Source: Candidatus Enterousia sp.
GTDB lineage: Bacteria > Pseudomonadota > Alphaproteobacteria > Rs-D84
NCBI GenBank assembly: GCA_045648885.1
Contig: JAZROV010000002.1
Location: 94,628-158,627, forward strand
Direction: 5' to 3'
Length of the DNA stretch: 64,000 nt
The notes under the pieces are model-generated. The model worked only from the letters and a program-made list of their open reading frames with translations, was not told the DNA's origin and did no database searches. Position 1 is the stretch's first letter. Each line of letters opens with the position of its first letter. The position numbers and the translations under genes were made by a program. This document shows positions 40,452 to 49,552 of the stretch, piece by piece.

Positions 40452-41777
40452 ATGACATTAAAAAAATATATAATTTTTGGACTTTTTATATGTGTCGGCC
40501 TGGGTGGGTGCGTGAAAAACGATTCTTTGGACACTGGTTATGACACGGTAAATGTTGTTGAAAATTTGGTCATAGATGAACGTTCTGTTCCAATTTTTCC
40601 GAAAAAGGCTGCGCTGACAACCGATACGGCACAACATTTTTCATTAGATTTACCAAAAAGATGCCGCGTTGATTGGAATAACCAGAGTATTGTTTCGGTT
40701 GTCCCCGAAGAAAAAGTCGAAATTGTTCGTTTGAATACTGGCGATGCATTGCCTGATTTAATGGTGTCTGATTATGAATTTAAAAATCGCTCTGTGAAAG
40801 ATGCGTTGGAAATTTTGTTGCAAGATACAGATATTTCTGTGTTGGAAGATTTGCCAATGTTGGAAAAAATAACAGGTACAATATCCAGTGGTTCCCTGCA
40901 AGATGCGGTTGATTTGATGACTAAATTGGGACGCGTGTATTATTCGTATGATGCAGAATTTGGCGAAATTCATTTAACTTCGCATGGTAAATGGATGATA
41001 AAAATGCCAAAAGACGAAACAATGATAATGGCTATGTTAGATGCAATGCGCGGTGGTGATGTGCGCAATTTGTTGGTCAACTGGCAAGATAAAACTGTTG
41101 TTTTCGAAGGTGATTATCAAACTGAACGCGAAGTAGCCAAATTGATAACAGATATTGCTGCAAAAAAATATGTTTTGGCGTGGGATATAGATGTATATCG
41201 CGTTTATCCGAAAACTGACAGTGCGATAGTTTGGATGGATATGTTGCCGGCATTCGGTGAAAAAAATATCAGAATGTCTATACCGGGGGTTGTTGGTCGG
41301 ACTTTGGTGGTCAGTCCAGAGATAAATACAAAAACACTGCAAGAATTTTTGTCGCGCCAGGCCAGTGTCGTTTTGATTTCCCAGGGGACTTTTGCGATAC
41401 CAAATGATTGGCAATCGCGATTTGATATCGGTCAATGCAGCAAAGAAGACAGATTAGAAACAGATTTAATAATTGGTGCGACGGGACATTACGGCGATTA
41501 CGGTGGATATAAAAAAATTGATGCGAAAATAGTGTTGGCAACGTCTAATGGCGAATTGTCTTCGTTCAAAATACCAACGAATATCGGTGATAATTATGTA
41601 ATTGTTGGTATCCCGACACATTCGTTTGTGACAACGCCGGAAACATTGATTTCTCCGTTTGCAGAATTAGTTGTGTTTATGTCGCCACGTTTGATATCTA
41701 TCGTTGATGACAGGGCGCATGTGTCGCGTATGACACCTCTTTATGGTGATGATTTGCGAGATTTTTTAGATCAATAG
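40452..41777 (+). CDS. outer-membrane lipoprotein, possibly secretin-like (TcpC/BfpB/PilN class)
   Basis: Lipobox GLGGC. A secretin-N/STN-like segment VKDALEILLQDTDISVLED. Near the C-terminus, ELVVFMSPRLI resembles the secretin domain ending. Confidence 0.35.
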   Translation: MTLKKYIIFGLFICVGLGGCVKNDSLDTGYDTVNVVENLVIDERSVPIFPKKAALTTDTAQHFSLDLPKRCRVDWNNQSIVSVVPEEKVEIVRLNTGDALPDLMVSDYEFKNRSVKDALEILLQDTDISVLEDLPMLEKITGTISSGSLQDAVDLMTKLGRVYYSYDAEFGEIHLTSHGKWMIKMPKDETMIMAMLDAMRGGDVRNLLVNWQDKTVVFEGDYQTEREVAKLITDIAAKKYVLAWDIDVYRVYPKTDSAIVWMDMLPAFGEKNIRMSIPGVVGRTLVVSPEINTKTLQEFLSRQASVVLISQGTFAIPNDWQSRFDIGQCSKEDRLETDLIIGATGHYGDYGGYKKIDAKIVLATSNGELSSFKIPTNIGDNYVIVGIPTHSFVTTPETLISPFAELVVFMSPRLISIVDDRAHVSRMTPLYGDDLRDFLDQ

Positions 41778-41786
41778 GATTATAAA

Positions 41787-43043
41787 ATGTTGTTTTCAAA
41801 ACTGGAAAGAAAAGTTGCTTTTCGATATATGGCCGCGAAAAAACGTGGATTTGGTTCTGTGGTTTCGTGGGTTTCGTTTATTGGTATTATGTTAGGTGTG
41901 GCAACTTTGATTGTTGTGATGTCTGTGATGGGCGGGTTTCATGAAACACTGCTTTCGCGCATTATTGGTATGAATGGGCATGTTGTGGTTTATCATCAAA
42001 ACGGAACAATTTCTGATTTCGATTTTTTAATTGAGAAAATGCGCCAAAACAAAGTCGTTGAAAAATATGCCACATCAATTGTCCCAATCGCAGAAGGACA
42101 AATTATGGCGTCCGCTAATGGTAATAATTCGGGCGCAATTGTGCGTGGAATTCGTATGCCTGATTTGATTGCGAAAACAAAGAATGGAACGCGTATCTAT
42201 GGCAAAAGTTTGGATAAAATAAATGATGGCGAATTGATAATCGGTTCGTCGCTTTCGCGCGCTTTGCGGGTGTCTGCGGGGGATAAAGTATCTTTGATTT
42301 CTGCGAATTCTGGAACTGCAACACCATTTGGAACAATGCCACGAATTATGGCTTATCCGGTGGTTTCTTCGTTCTTTGTCGGAATGTATGAATATGACAG
42401 TGGGTATATTTTTATGCCACTTGATACCGCACAAAAATATTTAAATATTGAAAATTCTGTGACGCATATCGATTTGTTTTTAACAGATGCGGAACAAAGT
42501 GAAGTTGTAGTCAAAGCATTAGATAACTTGTTGCCAGATGGTTTTGTCATTCGTGATTGGCGTGATTTAAATCGTGGGTTTGTGGGTGCTTTGCAGGTCG
42601 AATCCAGTGTGATGTTTTTAATTTTATTGTTGATAGTTATTGTTGCTGCTTTCAATATTATTTCGTCGCTGGTTATGTTGGTCAAAGATAAAAATAAAGA
42701 TATCGCAGTGTTGCGGACATTTGGTGTATCGCGTAAATCTATGATGAAAATATTCATTTTGTCTGGAACAACGATTGGAATCTTGGGTGCATTTTTTGGT
42801 ACTGTCTTGGGTGTATTGGTGGCGATATACATCGAACCAATTCGAAAGTTTTTCCAATACGTGACAGGACGTGATTTGTTTCCTGCCCAGTTATATTCGT
42901 TATCTGAATTACCATCTAAATTGATTCCATCGACGGTCGTCAGTATCGCGGTTATCGCAATAGCGTTGGCTTTCTTGGCTACGCTTTATCCTGCGTGGCG
43001 TGCGGCAAATACGGATCCGGTTGAAACATTGAAAAACGAATAG
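41787..43043 (+). CDS. lolE: lipoprotein-releasing system permease (LolC/LolE, FtsX family)
   Basis: N-terminal AFRYMAAKKRGFGSVVSWVSFIGI, four TM helices with a large periplasmic loop, and lolD immediately downstream. Confidence 0.75.
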   Translation: MLFSKLERKVAFRYMAAKKRGFGSVVSWVSFIGIMLGVATLIVVMSVMGGFHETLLSRIIGMNGHVVVYHQNGTISDFDFLIEKMRQNKVVEKYATSIVPIAEGQIMASANGNNSGAIVRGIRMPDLIAKTKNGTRIYGKSLDKINDGELIIGSSLSRALRVSAGDKVSLISANSGTATPFGTMPRIMAYPVVSSFFVGMYEYDSGYIFMPLDTAQKYLNIENSVTHIDLFLTDAEQSEVVVKALDNLLPDGFVIRDWRDLNRGFVGALQVESSVMFLILLLIVIVAAFNIISSLVMLVKDKNKDIAVLRTFGVSRKSMMKIFILSGTTIGILGAFFGTVLGVLVAIYIEPIRKFFQYVTGRDLFPAQLYSLSELPSKLIPSTVVSIAVIAIALAFLATLYPAWRAANTDPVETLKNE

Positions 43044-43047
43044 GGGC

Positions 43048-43764
43048 GTGACGATGGCAAGTATATTAAATTCTTTATCAAAAATTTCAAAGCGCGATGT
43101 TGTGTTGTCTGTTCGTGATATCAAAAAGACTTTTGTAGAAGGCGGGCAACCCTTAAAAGTTTTGCGTGGCGGTGGTTTCGATTTATATCGTGGTGAAATA
43201 ATCGCGTTGGTTGGACCAAGTGGCTCTGGAAAATCTACGCTGTTGCAATGTGTTGGGTTGCTGGATAAACCAACCAGTGGCGACATTTTTATTGATGGTT
43301 TGCCAATCGATAAAATCAGTGAAGAAACACGCACTGTATTGCGTCGGAAAAAAATTGGTTTTGTATATCAACGTCATAATTTGTTGTCTGATTTTACCGC
43401 GTTGGAAAATGTAGTTTTGCCGATGATGGCAAATGGTATAGATGAAGAAAACGGTAATATCCGTGCAATGAAACTATTGCGTGCGGCCAATGTAGCGCAT
43501 CGTGCATCGCATTTGCCGGGCGAAATGTCGGGGGGTGAACAACAACGTGTTGCGTTGGCGCGTGCGTTGGCGAATAATCCCCAGATTTTATTAGCAGACG
43601 AACCAACAGGATCTTTGGATCCACAACATGCCACGGGTGTTTTTGATTTGCTGTTAGATTTAGTGCGTAAAAATAATATGTCTATGTTATTCGTCACGCA
43701 TGATATGAATTTGGCAAAACGTGCGGACAGAACAATAACTATCCGTGACGGAATTGTAAAATAA
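43048..43764 (+). CDS. lolD: lipoprotein-releasing system ATP-binding protein
   Basis: GPSGSGKSTLL, LSGGEQQRVALARAL and LLADEPTGSLD. Confidence 0.85.
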   Translation: MTMASILNSLSKISKRDVVLSVRDIKKTFVEGGQPLKVLRGGGFDLYRGEIIALVGPSGSGKSTLLQCVGLLDKPTSGDIFIDGLPIDKISEETRTVLRRKKIGFVYQRHNLLSDFTALENVVLPMMANGIDEENGNIRAMKLLRAANVAHRASHLPGEMSGGEQQRVALARALANNPQILLADEPTGSLDPQHATGVFDLLLDLVRKNNMSMLFVTHDMNLAKRADRTITIRDGIVK

Positions 43765-43789
43765 TAAAAAAAACAACAGGAGAGATAGA

Positions 43790-44710
43790 ATGAAACAAAC
43801 AATAAAAACAAATGATACTAAAAATCGTGTATACGGCGTGATTGGCATGATTGCGCTGTTTTTGATGGGTGCAATTTTCGGATATATTATCAATGGTTCA
43901 GATCGGGTGAATCATTCAATGATGTCTGAAAGACAGTGCATGGAATTACAAGATCAAATAATGAACATGGTCAGAAATGTACATGCTTATGATGCACAAA
44001 AAATTGCGCAACTGGATAAAATGTTTTCTGAAAATTGTAATAATCGTGATTTTGGAAAAAATGTTGTTCAGCCAAAGCCTCAGCCAAAACCAATTGAAGA
44101 AAAATTGCCAGATACAACATGTGAAGCAATTGAAAAGTTATTAAAAGATGAATTGTATGACGAATCTGCACCAGATTGGGAGGCGCACAGAGATAATTCA
44201 GATGTTTATAATAGATTAGCAGAAAATGGTTGCGAAAAAAATAAAGAAATGTATCAAAAAATGGCTCAACGTGAAATAGAAATCGCCAAAGCGTTAAATA
44301 AATATGATGAACCTTTTGATGTTGATGTTATAGATAATGATGCGCGGTCAACTTGTGAAGAAATAGAACACGTTTTGACAATGCAGTTGCAATGTCGTGG
44401 GAAAAATGAAACATGTTTTGATGTTGATGACCATGTCAGAAACGCGCAAATTTATGCGAATTTGTCTGAACGTGGATGTGCTGAAAATTCGACAAAATAT
44501 AAAGATTTAGCAGCAAAAGAATTAGAAATCGCACGTGCGTTGACTGATGATAATATTGAACAAAATAAACACGAAGCAACCGAAATGGTTGAAACGTATA
44601 AACGTCTGCACATGCAACAGGAAGCAGCCAGAATGTTGGAAAAAGCAAAAAAATTGACCAATCCTGCGATTGATTTCATAATTGAATTAGAAAAAATCAT
44701 AGAAGAATAG
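43790..44710 (+). CDS. membrane-anchored protein with two ~65-aa Cys-containing internal repeats
   Basis: N-terminal TM. The repeats are CEAIEKLLKDE...NGCEKNKEMYQKMAQREIEIAKALNKYDE and CEEIEHVLTMQ...RGCAENSTKYKDLAAKELEIARALTDDN. Confidence 0.45.
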   Translation: MKQTIKTNDTKNRVYGVIGMIALFLMGAIFGYIINGSDRVNHSMMSERQCMELQDQIMNMVRNVHAYDAQKIAQLDKMFSENCNNRDFGKNVVQPKPQPKPIEEKLPDTTCEAIEKLLKDELYDESAPDWEAHRDNSDVYNRLAENGCEKNKEMYQKMAQREIEIAKALNKYDEPFDVDVIDNDARSTCEEIEHVLTMQLQCRGKNETCFDVDDHVRNAQIYANLSERGCAENSTKYKDLAAKELEIARALTDDNIEQNKHEATEMVETYKRLHMQQEAARMLEKAKKLTNPAIDFIIELEKIIEE

Positions 44711-44720
44711 GGGACCACAG

Positions 44721-44993
44721 ATGAAAATAGAACGTACCAGAAAAAATAACAAAAATATCATTAAATCGCGTCTTTGGTGGCTGGTGTTGTTTGCGTTTAT
44801 TTTTGGTTTTGCGACCGGTTATGTGACGCATTATTTAATTGTAAATTGGCATGGTTTCTGGGCGGTCTGTTCGGATGGCAATCGGCCTGATAAAAACGGT
44901 TGTTGTATGGGTGAAGTTTATACCGATGCAGGTGACGGTTGGATGGTTTGTTGTCCAGACGGGGGTGATAACTGTTTCCCACCGATTAAATAA
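44721..44993 (+). CDS. small membrane protein
   Basis: 90 aa with one TM helix and a Cys-rich tail. Confidence 0.3.
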   Translation: MKIERTRKNNKNIIKSRLWWLVLFAFIFGFATGYVTHYLIVNWHGFWAVCSDGNRPDKNGCCMGEVYTDAGDGWMVCCPDGGDNCFPPIK

Positions 44994-45007
44994 AAGGCTT
45001 AACAAGA

Positions 45008-45035
45008 AATCCGCCGTTTGTTGGCGGGTTTTTTG
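45008..45035. terminator. rho-independent terminator
   Basis: ccgccgtttgttggcgg with a T-run. Confidence 0.55.
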
Positions 45036-45758
45036 TTATTCAATTACAAAACTGCGCGGATAATAGTCACTGTAAAAACGACCGTCAATCGCTGTAAATT
45101 TCAGAACACAATAATTTGGATCTGTGGGGCCGCCGGGATAATATTCTGTATCCCCGTCACGCCAAATCATTTTTTTAGTTTCGATGTCTGTTAATACCTG
45201 CATCGTTCCGCGCAATAACATTCCTTTGAACCCGCGGTCGTCACAGAAATAAATACTAGCTTTTGCATTGTTTTTATAATGTGCGACGCGCAGGGAAAAA
45301 GTATTGGTCGTAAAATAGAATACTTTGATTCCTTCACGAACGCGCGGGGATAACATAGCCTTGGTACACGGAAAACCGTTTTCATCAACAGACGATATAT
45401 ATGTGATTGGCAATGTGTCTGCCATTGTCGAAATCATTTCTTTGATGCCAATCAACGCAGGATTTTCGATTTTTGTGTTCATGATATTCAGCCTATTGTG
45501 CCAACGTTTCAGATTTGGAAAATACATTTTCATTTGGCCGATATATTCTTCTTTGCTGATTGGTTGGGGCAGATTTTTGTTAACATCATTTATGAATTGC
45601 GCACAATGTTCAATCATTTCATCCATTGTAAAATCTTGTGTGAATTTGCCGTCTTTGTAGCAATAAATGCAATATTCTGAATTTTTTGTGCCATCAATAT
45701 TTGTTCCAAACAAAGATTCTTCAACCATAGGCATTCCGCAACTTTGACATATGTTCAT
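45036..45758 (-). CDS. zinc-ribbon plus PNPOx-like (FMN-binding split-barrel) domain protein
   Basis: CQSCGMP...CIYCY zinc ribbon at the N-terminus. The C-terminus resembles the pyridoxamine 5'-phosphate oxidase/general stress protein 26 family. Confidence 0.4.
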   Translation of the reverse strand: MNICQSCGMPMVEESLFGTNIDGTKNSEYCIYCYKDGKFTQDFTMDEMIEHCAQFINDVNKNLPQPISKEEYIGQMKMYFPNLKRWHNRLNIMNTKIENPALIGIKEMISTMADTLPITYISSVDENGFPCTKAMLSPRVREGIKVFYFTTNTFSLRVAHYKNNAKASIYFCDDRGFKGMLLRGTMQVLTDIETKKMIWRDGDTEYYPGGPTDPNYCVLKFTAIDGRFYSDYYPRSFVIE

Positions 45759-45850
45759 AATTATTTCCTTTCGTTATGTTGATGAATTGTAGCATTTAAT
45801 ATTTTTTATGTAAAATATAAATCTCTGTCAATTGGCAGAGTGTGTGTTTT

Positions 45851-45946
45851 GTGTGGGAGTATGCTTGCACAAATCGAGCAGAAAACAAGCAAGAATTTAC
45901 TGATTTAATGTTGCAGATAAAATTGTTCAAAGAGAAGTGGCTGTAA
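45851..45946 (+). pseudogene. P4-type integrase C-terminal fragment (scar) abutting an att-like core
   Basis: Translates to ...YACTNRAENKQEFTDLMLQIKLFKEKWL*, matching the AYNRAEY..ERR.MMQ.WADYL ending of P4-family tyrosine recombinases. It is preceded by ttttgtgtgggagt (tRNA-Tyr 3'-end-like). Confidence 0.35.
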
Positions 45947-45947
45947 A

Positions 45948-46498
45948 TTATTTCTTCTTAAATTTTGCAAAACAGTTAGTGTCACGAAAACGATTTTCAT
46001 ATACTAACCATCTGTCTTGTTTCAAAACACCTTCTAATTCGTATCCTAATTTTTTTGCTACGTTTACAGAATTTTTATTTAACACATCGTTATGAATAAT
46101 TATTTTATTAAAACCATTTCTAAACAATTCTTGTTCCAATAAACGCACAGATTCCATAACATAGCCGTTTCCACGATAGTCATTTGCCAACCAAAAACCT
46201 AATGCGACTTTTTTATTTTTTATATCAACTTCTACAGCACCGCAACTGCCTATAATCACATTATTTAATACAATTGCATACTCATAGGCATCGTTATTAT
46301 CCCATTTTTTATCAGATTGAATTAAAAAATTATGTGTATCTTTTTCGGATTTTGTATCGTTTAACCACTGCATCCAAGGCAACAAGAAATTTCTATTTTG
46401 AACCAAAACTTCATACATCAATTTCGCATTATCTAATGTTGGTTCCAAATGCATCAATGTGATTCTTGGACCTTTTAATACATATTTCATAATATCTC
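45948..46498 (-). CDS. GNAT N-acetyltransferase (RimJ/RimL-like)
   Basis: PRITLMHLEPTLDNAKLMYEVL...LLPWMQW and a GNAT core. The longer track ORF (to 46664) probably over-extends, and the Met at 46498 fits the family N-terminus. Confidence 0.5.
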
Positions 46499-46593
46499 CT
46501 TTTGATACGAATTGTATCATAATTTTATTTGTATTTGAAACTAAAACCGCCTTGGTGGATTCGAACGGAGCAAACACTTGGAAATCTAAAGAA

Positions 46594-46725
46594 AAACCGC
46601 ACTTTTTAAGTTCGGTGTATCTTTTGGTGGGAGTGGGTGGATTGGCTCGGTCAAAGACCTGCACCGCATTCGTTAGCGCTCAAACTGCGTTTACACTTGT
46701 TTTCGCTTACTCATAGACGAACCAA
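46594..46725. repeat. ~130-bp direct repeat, copy 1, containing a tRNA-Tyr 3'-end fragment (tggtgggagtgggtggatt)
   Basis: Near-identical to 47816-47947. Confidence 0.7.
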
Positions 46726-46808
46726 ATGAACTTCGTTTATATGGCCGAATACCATAAACCACATCACAGCAAAAACAAAAACCAACCGCAAGGGTTGGTT
46801 TGTGCTTT

Positions 46809-46904
46809 TGGTGGGATACCGCTTGCATTAATCGAGCAAAAAACAAACAACTATTCACCGATTTGATGCAACGGGTAAAAGAATTTAAAGAAAAATGGTT
46901 ATGA
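46809..46904 (+). pseudogene. second P4-type integrase C-terminal fragment abutting an att-like core
   Basis: ...WWDTACINRAKNKQLFTDLMQRVKEFKEKWL*. The att-like core ttttggtggga precedes it. Confidence 0.35.
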
Positions 46905-46983
46905 TTTCACCTGTGGGTGAAATTGAAAAAAATAGAAAGGTATGATACAATTATGATAAGAATAATAAAAAAGGTGATGTTTA

Positions 46984-47748
46984 ATGGCTATTATACTTGG
47001 TGGTGGCGGCAGTGCAGAACAAACCATTATTACAAATAAGTTATTTGAGAGTTTGATAGATTCTAAGAAACCAATTTTGTATATTCCTTTGGCATGGAAT
47101 CATTATGATGAAGGTTATCAAAATTGTAAGAAGTTTTTAATTGGAGAATTTTGCAATATTAAACATGGTGAAATAGAAGTTGTACAATCTGCCGATGAAA
47201 TTTTAAATAAAAATTTGTTTGATTATTCTGCTATTTTTATAGGTGGTGGGAATACCTATAAATTATTAAAAGGATTGAAAGATAGTGGTGCGTTTGGAAA
47301 AATAAAACAGTATACTGATAACGGTGGTATAGTTTATGGTGGCAGTGCTGGTGCGGCAATATTTGGAAAAGATATTGATTCTATTTTGTATATGGATACA
47401 AATAATGTTGGATTAAAAGATACAAATGGCTTTAATTCTTTGTTCGGTTTTTCGCTTACTGTACATTATACAAATCAAAGTGAGGAGAAGCATAAAAAAG
47501 CCACAGAATATTTAATAGAATATTCTATGCGTGAACCGATAATCGCGTTACCAGAAGAAGATAGCCTTTATACAGATGGAAAAATTGTAAAAATTGTTGG
47601 AACAAGACCTTGGTATATTTTTAATAAAGGCAAAAGTATACAATTAAACCCAGGTGTTGAATATAAAAAGGCTAATTTTACCAACATTGTAAAGAATGTT
47701 GGTGTATTCGAACAGAGCAAAGTATTGGAAAACCGGAGCATTCGATAA
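46984..47748 (+). CDS. S51-family peptidase (PepE/cyanophycinase-like)
   Basis: IFIGGGNTYKLL and the catalytic serine context GGSAGAAIFG. Confidence 0.55.
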   Translation: MAIILGGGGSAEQTIITNKLFESLIDSKKPILYIPLAWNHYDEGYQNCKKFLIGEFCNIKHGEIEVVQSADEILNKNLFDYSAIFIGGGNTYKLLKGLKDSGAFGKIKQYTDNGGIVYGGSAGAAIFGKDIDSILYMDTNNVGLKDTNGFNSLFGFSLTVHYTNQSEEKHKKATEYLIEYSMREPIIALPEEDSLYTDGKIVKIVGTRPWYIFNKGKSIQLNPGVEYKKANFTNIVKNVGVFEQSKVLENRSIR

Positions 47749-47815
47749 TCAGTAAAAATTAGTTGTTTTCAAAAACGCCATTATCGAACTCGTAAAATTA
47801 TTAGAAATCCAACAA

Positions 47816-47947
47816 AAAACCGCACTTTTTAAGTTCGGTGTATCTTTTGGTGGGAGTGGGTGGATTGGCTCGGTCAAAGACCTGCACCGCATTCGTTAGC
47901 GCTCAAACTGCGTTTACACTTGTTTTCGCTTACTCATAGTCGAACCA
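47816..47947. repeat. ~130-bp direct repeat, copy 2, containing a tRNA-Tyr 3'-end fragment
   Basis: See 46594-46725. Confidence 0.7.
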
Positions 47948-48030
47948 AACAAACTGCGTTTGTATGGTCTAATACCACAAACCACGACCGACAAAATAAA
48001 AAATGCACCCGTTGGGTGCATTTTTTGTTT

Positions 48031-48117
48031 TGGTGGGAGTGGGTGGATTCGAACCACCTCAGTCGTAAGACAACAGATTTACAGTCTGCCCCGGCTCTCC
48101 AACTCCGGCGCACGCCC
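48031..48117 (-). tRNA. tRNA-Tyr (anticodon GTA), long variable arm
   Basis: The reverse complement GGGCGTGCGCCGGAGTTGGAGAGCCGGGGCAGACTGTAAATCTGTTGTCTTACGACTGAGGTGGTTCGAATCCACCCACTCCCACCA has the GCAGACTGTAAATCTG anticodon arm, as in bacterial tRNA-Tyr. It has one C4·U69 acceptor mismatch. Confidence 0.7.
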
Positions 48118-48151
48118 AGAACTCTTTGTCCGCCTTTGGCAAGACATTCTG

Positions 48152-48226
48152 TGGTGCGAGCAGCGGGAATCGAACCCGCATTTCAAGCTTGGAAGGCTTG
48201 CATTCTAGCCCTTGAACTATGCTCGC
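48152..48226 (-). tRNA. tRNA-Gly (anticodon TCC)
   Basis: The reverse complement GCGAGCATAGTTCAAGGGCTAGAATGCAAGCCTTCCAAGCTTGAAATGCGGGTTCGATTCCCGCTGCTCGCACCA is a clean cloverleaf. Confidence 0.8.
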
Positions 48227-48301
48227 TATGAATTCAAAGCCCTGTAATTATATCTTATTTTTTTCTGAACGCAAGCATTTATTCAACCCAGATTATCTGG
48301 T

Positions 48302-49507
48302 TTAATCTCTTTCTTTGCTTTGGCTTTTCATGTGTTTTTTCATTTTCATTACACGATTATATGATTCACGAATTCTGGAACGTTTTATTTTCCCGTCACG
48401 AACCAATTTAGCAATCGTTTGGTTTACATCACGACCACGATTTTTATCGAAAGTCAAATTATTTCCGAAAACCAAAATGTCATTACCTGCATTGATTGCC
48501 ATTTCAATGGCGGTCTCCGTTCCGTATTTATTTGATATTGCGCCCATGTCCATATCGTCTGAAACAATCACACCGTCAAAGCCCATATCACGAACCATTT
48601 GAATTGTTTTTTTAGAAAGTGATGCAGGCAAAGTATCAAAATTATTATTGATTACATGTGCAACCATAACCATTGTGTATGGGGAAGAATCTTTTAATAA
48701 TTCACGATATGGTTCCAATTCATAATCTTGGTATGTGTTTGTTATGTCGGTCAATCCTTCGTGAGTGTCGCCGGCCGCGCTGCCATGTCCGGGGAAATGT
48801 TTAAAAGAATAGGCGATGTTTGCGTCGGCCAGGCCGTTTGCAAATGCGCGACCATGTTTTGTGACGATTTTTGGGTCGGCGGAAAAACTTCTTTCTTTTG
48901 CGCCAATGGCCGGAGATTGTGGGTTTACATCTACATCTAACAATGGTGCAAAATCAACATTTATACCCAAATCAGATAAACGTTTGCCCAAATCGTATGA
49001 AATTTCATAGGTTGTTTTTGCATCGCCCTGTGCTAATTGTTTATGTGACGGAATCGGTGCAAAACCATGTTCTGATTTTAAACGTTGAACATTGCCACCT
49101 TCTTGGTCTACTGCGATGAAAAGTTTTTGTGGTGCGATTGATTGCAGTTGCGTTGTCAACTGTTTTACCTGGGCCATGTCTTTGATGTTCGATGAAAATA
49201 TTTGCTGTTTCGCTTCTGCCATGGTCATACCCTTGGCCAACAGACCAGAAACATCAATATCAAACAAAATTACACCACCAATTTGGCCGCGTTTGATTTG
49301 ATTGCTGATTGCGGCAAATTCTTCGGCGTTTTCGCCCATGCCGTCACCGTGAAAGCCAGTGATTATCATTTGACCAGCCATTTTTTCAACAGATGGTCTG
49401 AGACAATAATATCCAGATAAACATCCCAAAAAAACCATTGCCAACAACATAGGAATAAATTTTTTCATATTATTTTTTTTTATGTTTTTTTGTTGCATAA
49501 TTTGCAC
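48302..49507 (-). CDS. nagZ: beta-N-acetylhexosaminidase (GH3, NagZ-like), exported
   Basis: KHFPGHGSAAGDTHEG, the GH3 catalytic region and an N-terminal signal sequence. Confidence 0.65.
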   Translation of the reverse strand: MQIMQQKNIKKNNMKKFIPMLLAMVFLGCLSGYYCLRPSVEKMAGQMIITGFHGDGMGENAEEFAAISNQIKRGQIGGVILFDIDVSGLLAKGMTMAEAKQQIFSSNIKDMAQVKQLTTQLQSIAPQKLFIAVDQEGGNVQRLKSEHGFAPIPSHKQLAQGDAKTTYEISYDLGKRLSDLGINVDFAPLLDVDVNPQSPAIGAKERSFSADPKIVTKHGRAFANGLADANIAYSFKHFPGHGSAAGDTHEGLTDITNTYQDYELEPYRELLKDSSPYTMVMVAHVINNNFDTLPASLSKKTIQMVRDMGFDGVIVSDDMDMGAISNKYGTETAIEMAINAGNDILVFGNNLTFDKNRGRDVNQTIAKLVRDGKIKRSRIRESYNRVMKMKKHMKSQSKERD

Positions 49508-49552
49508 CTTTTCGTTTTTTATTATATGTCAATTCTGGGTTGTTGCAAGAAT

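Noticed and set aside
47860-48231. 123-aa and 82-aa ORFs (47860-48231, 47960-48208)
   Set aside because: They overlap tRNA-Tyr and tRNA-Gly genes and the tRNA-derived repeat. Their Arg/Pro/Leu-rich translations are typical of antisense reading of GC-rich tRNA DNA.
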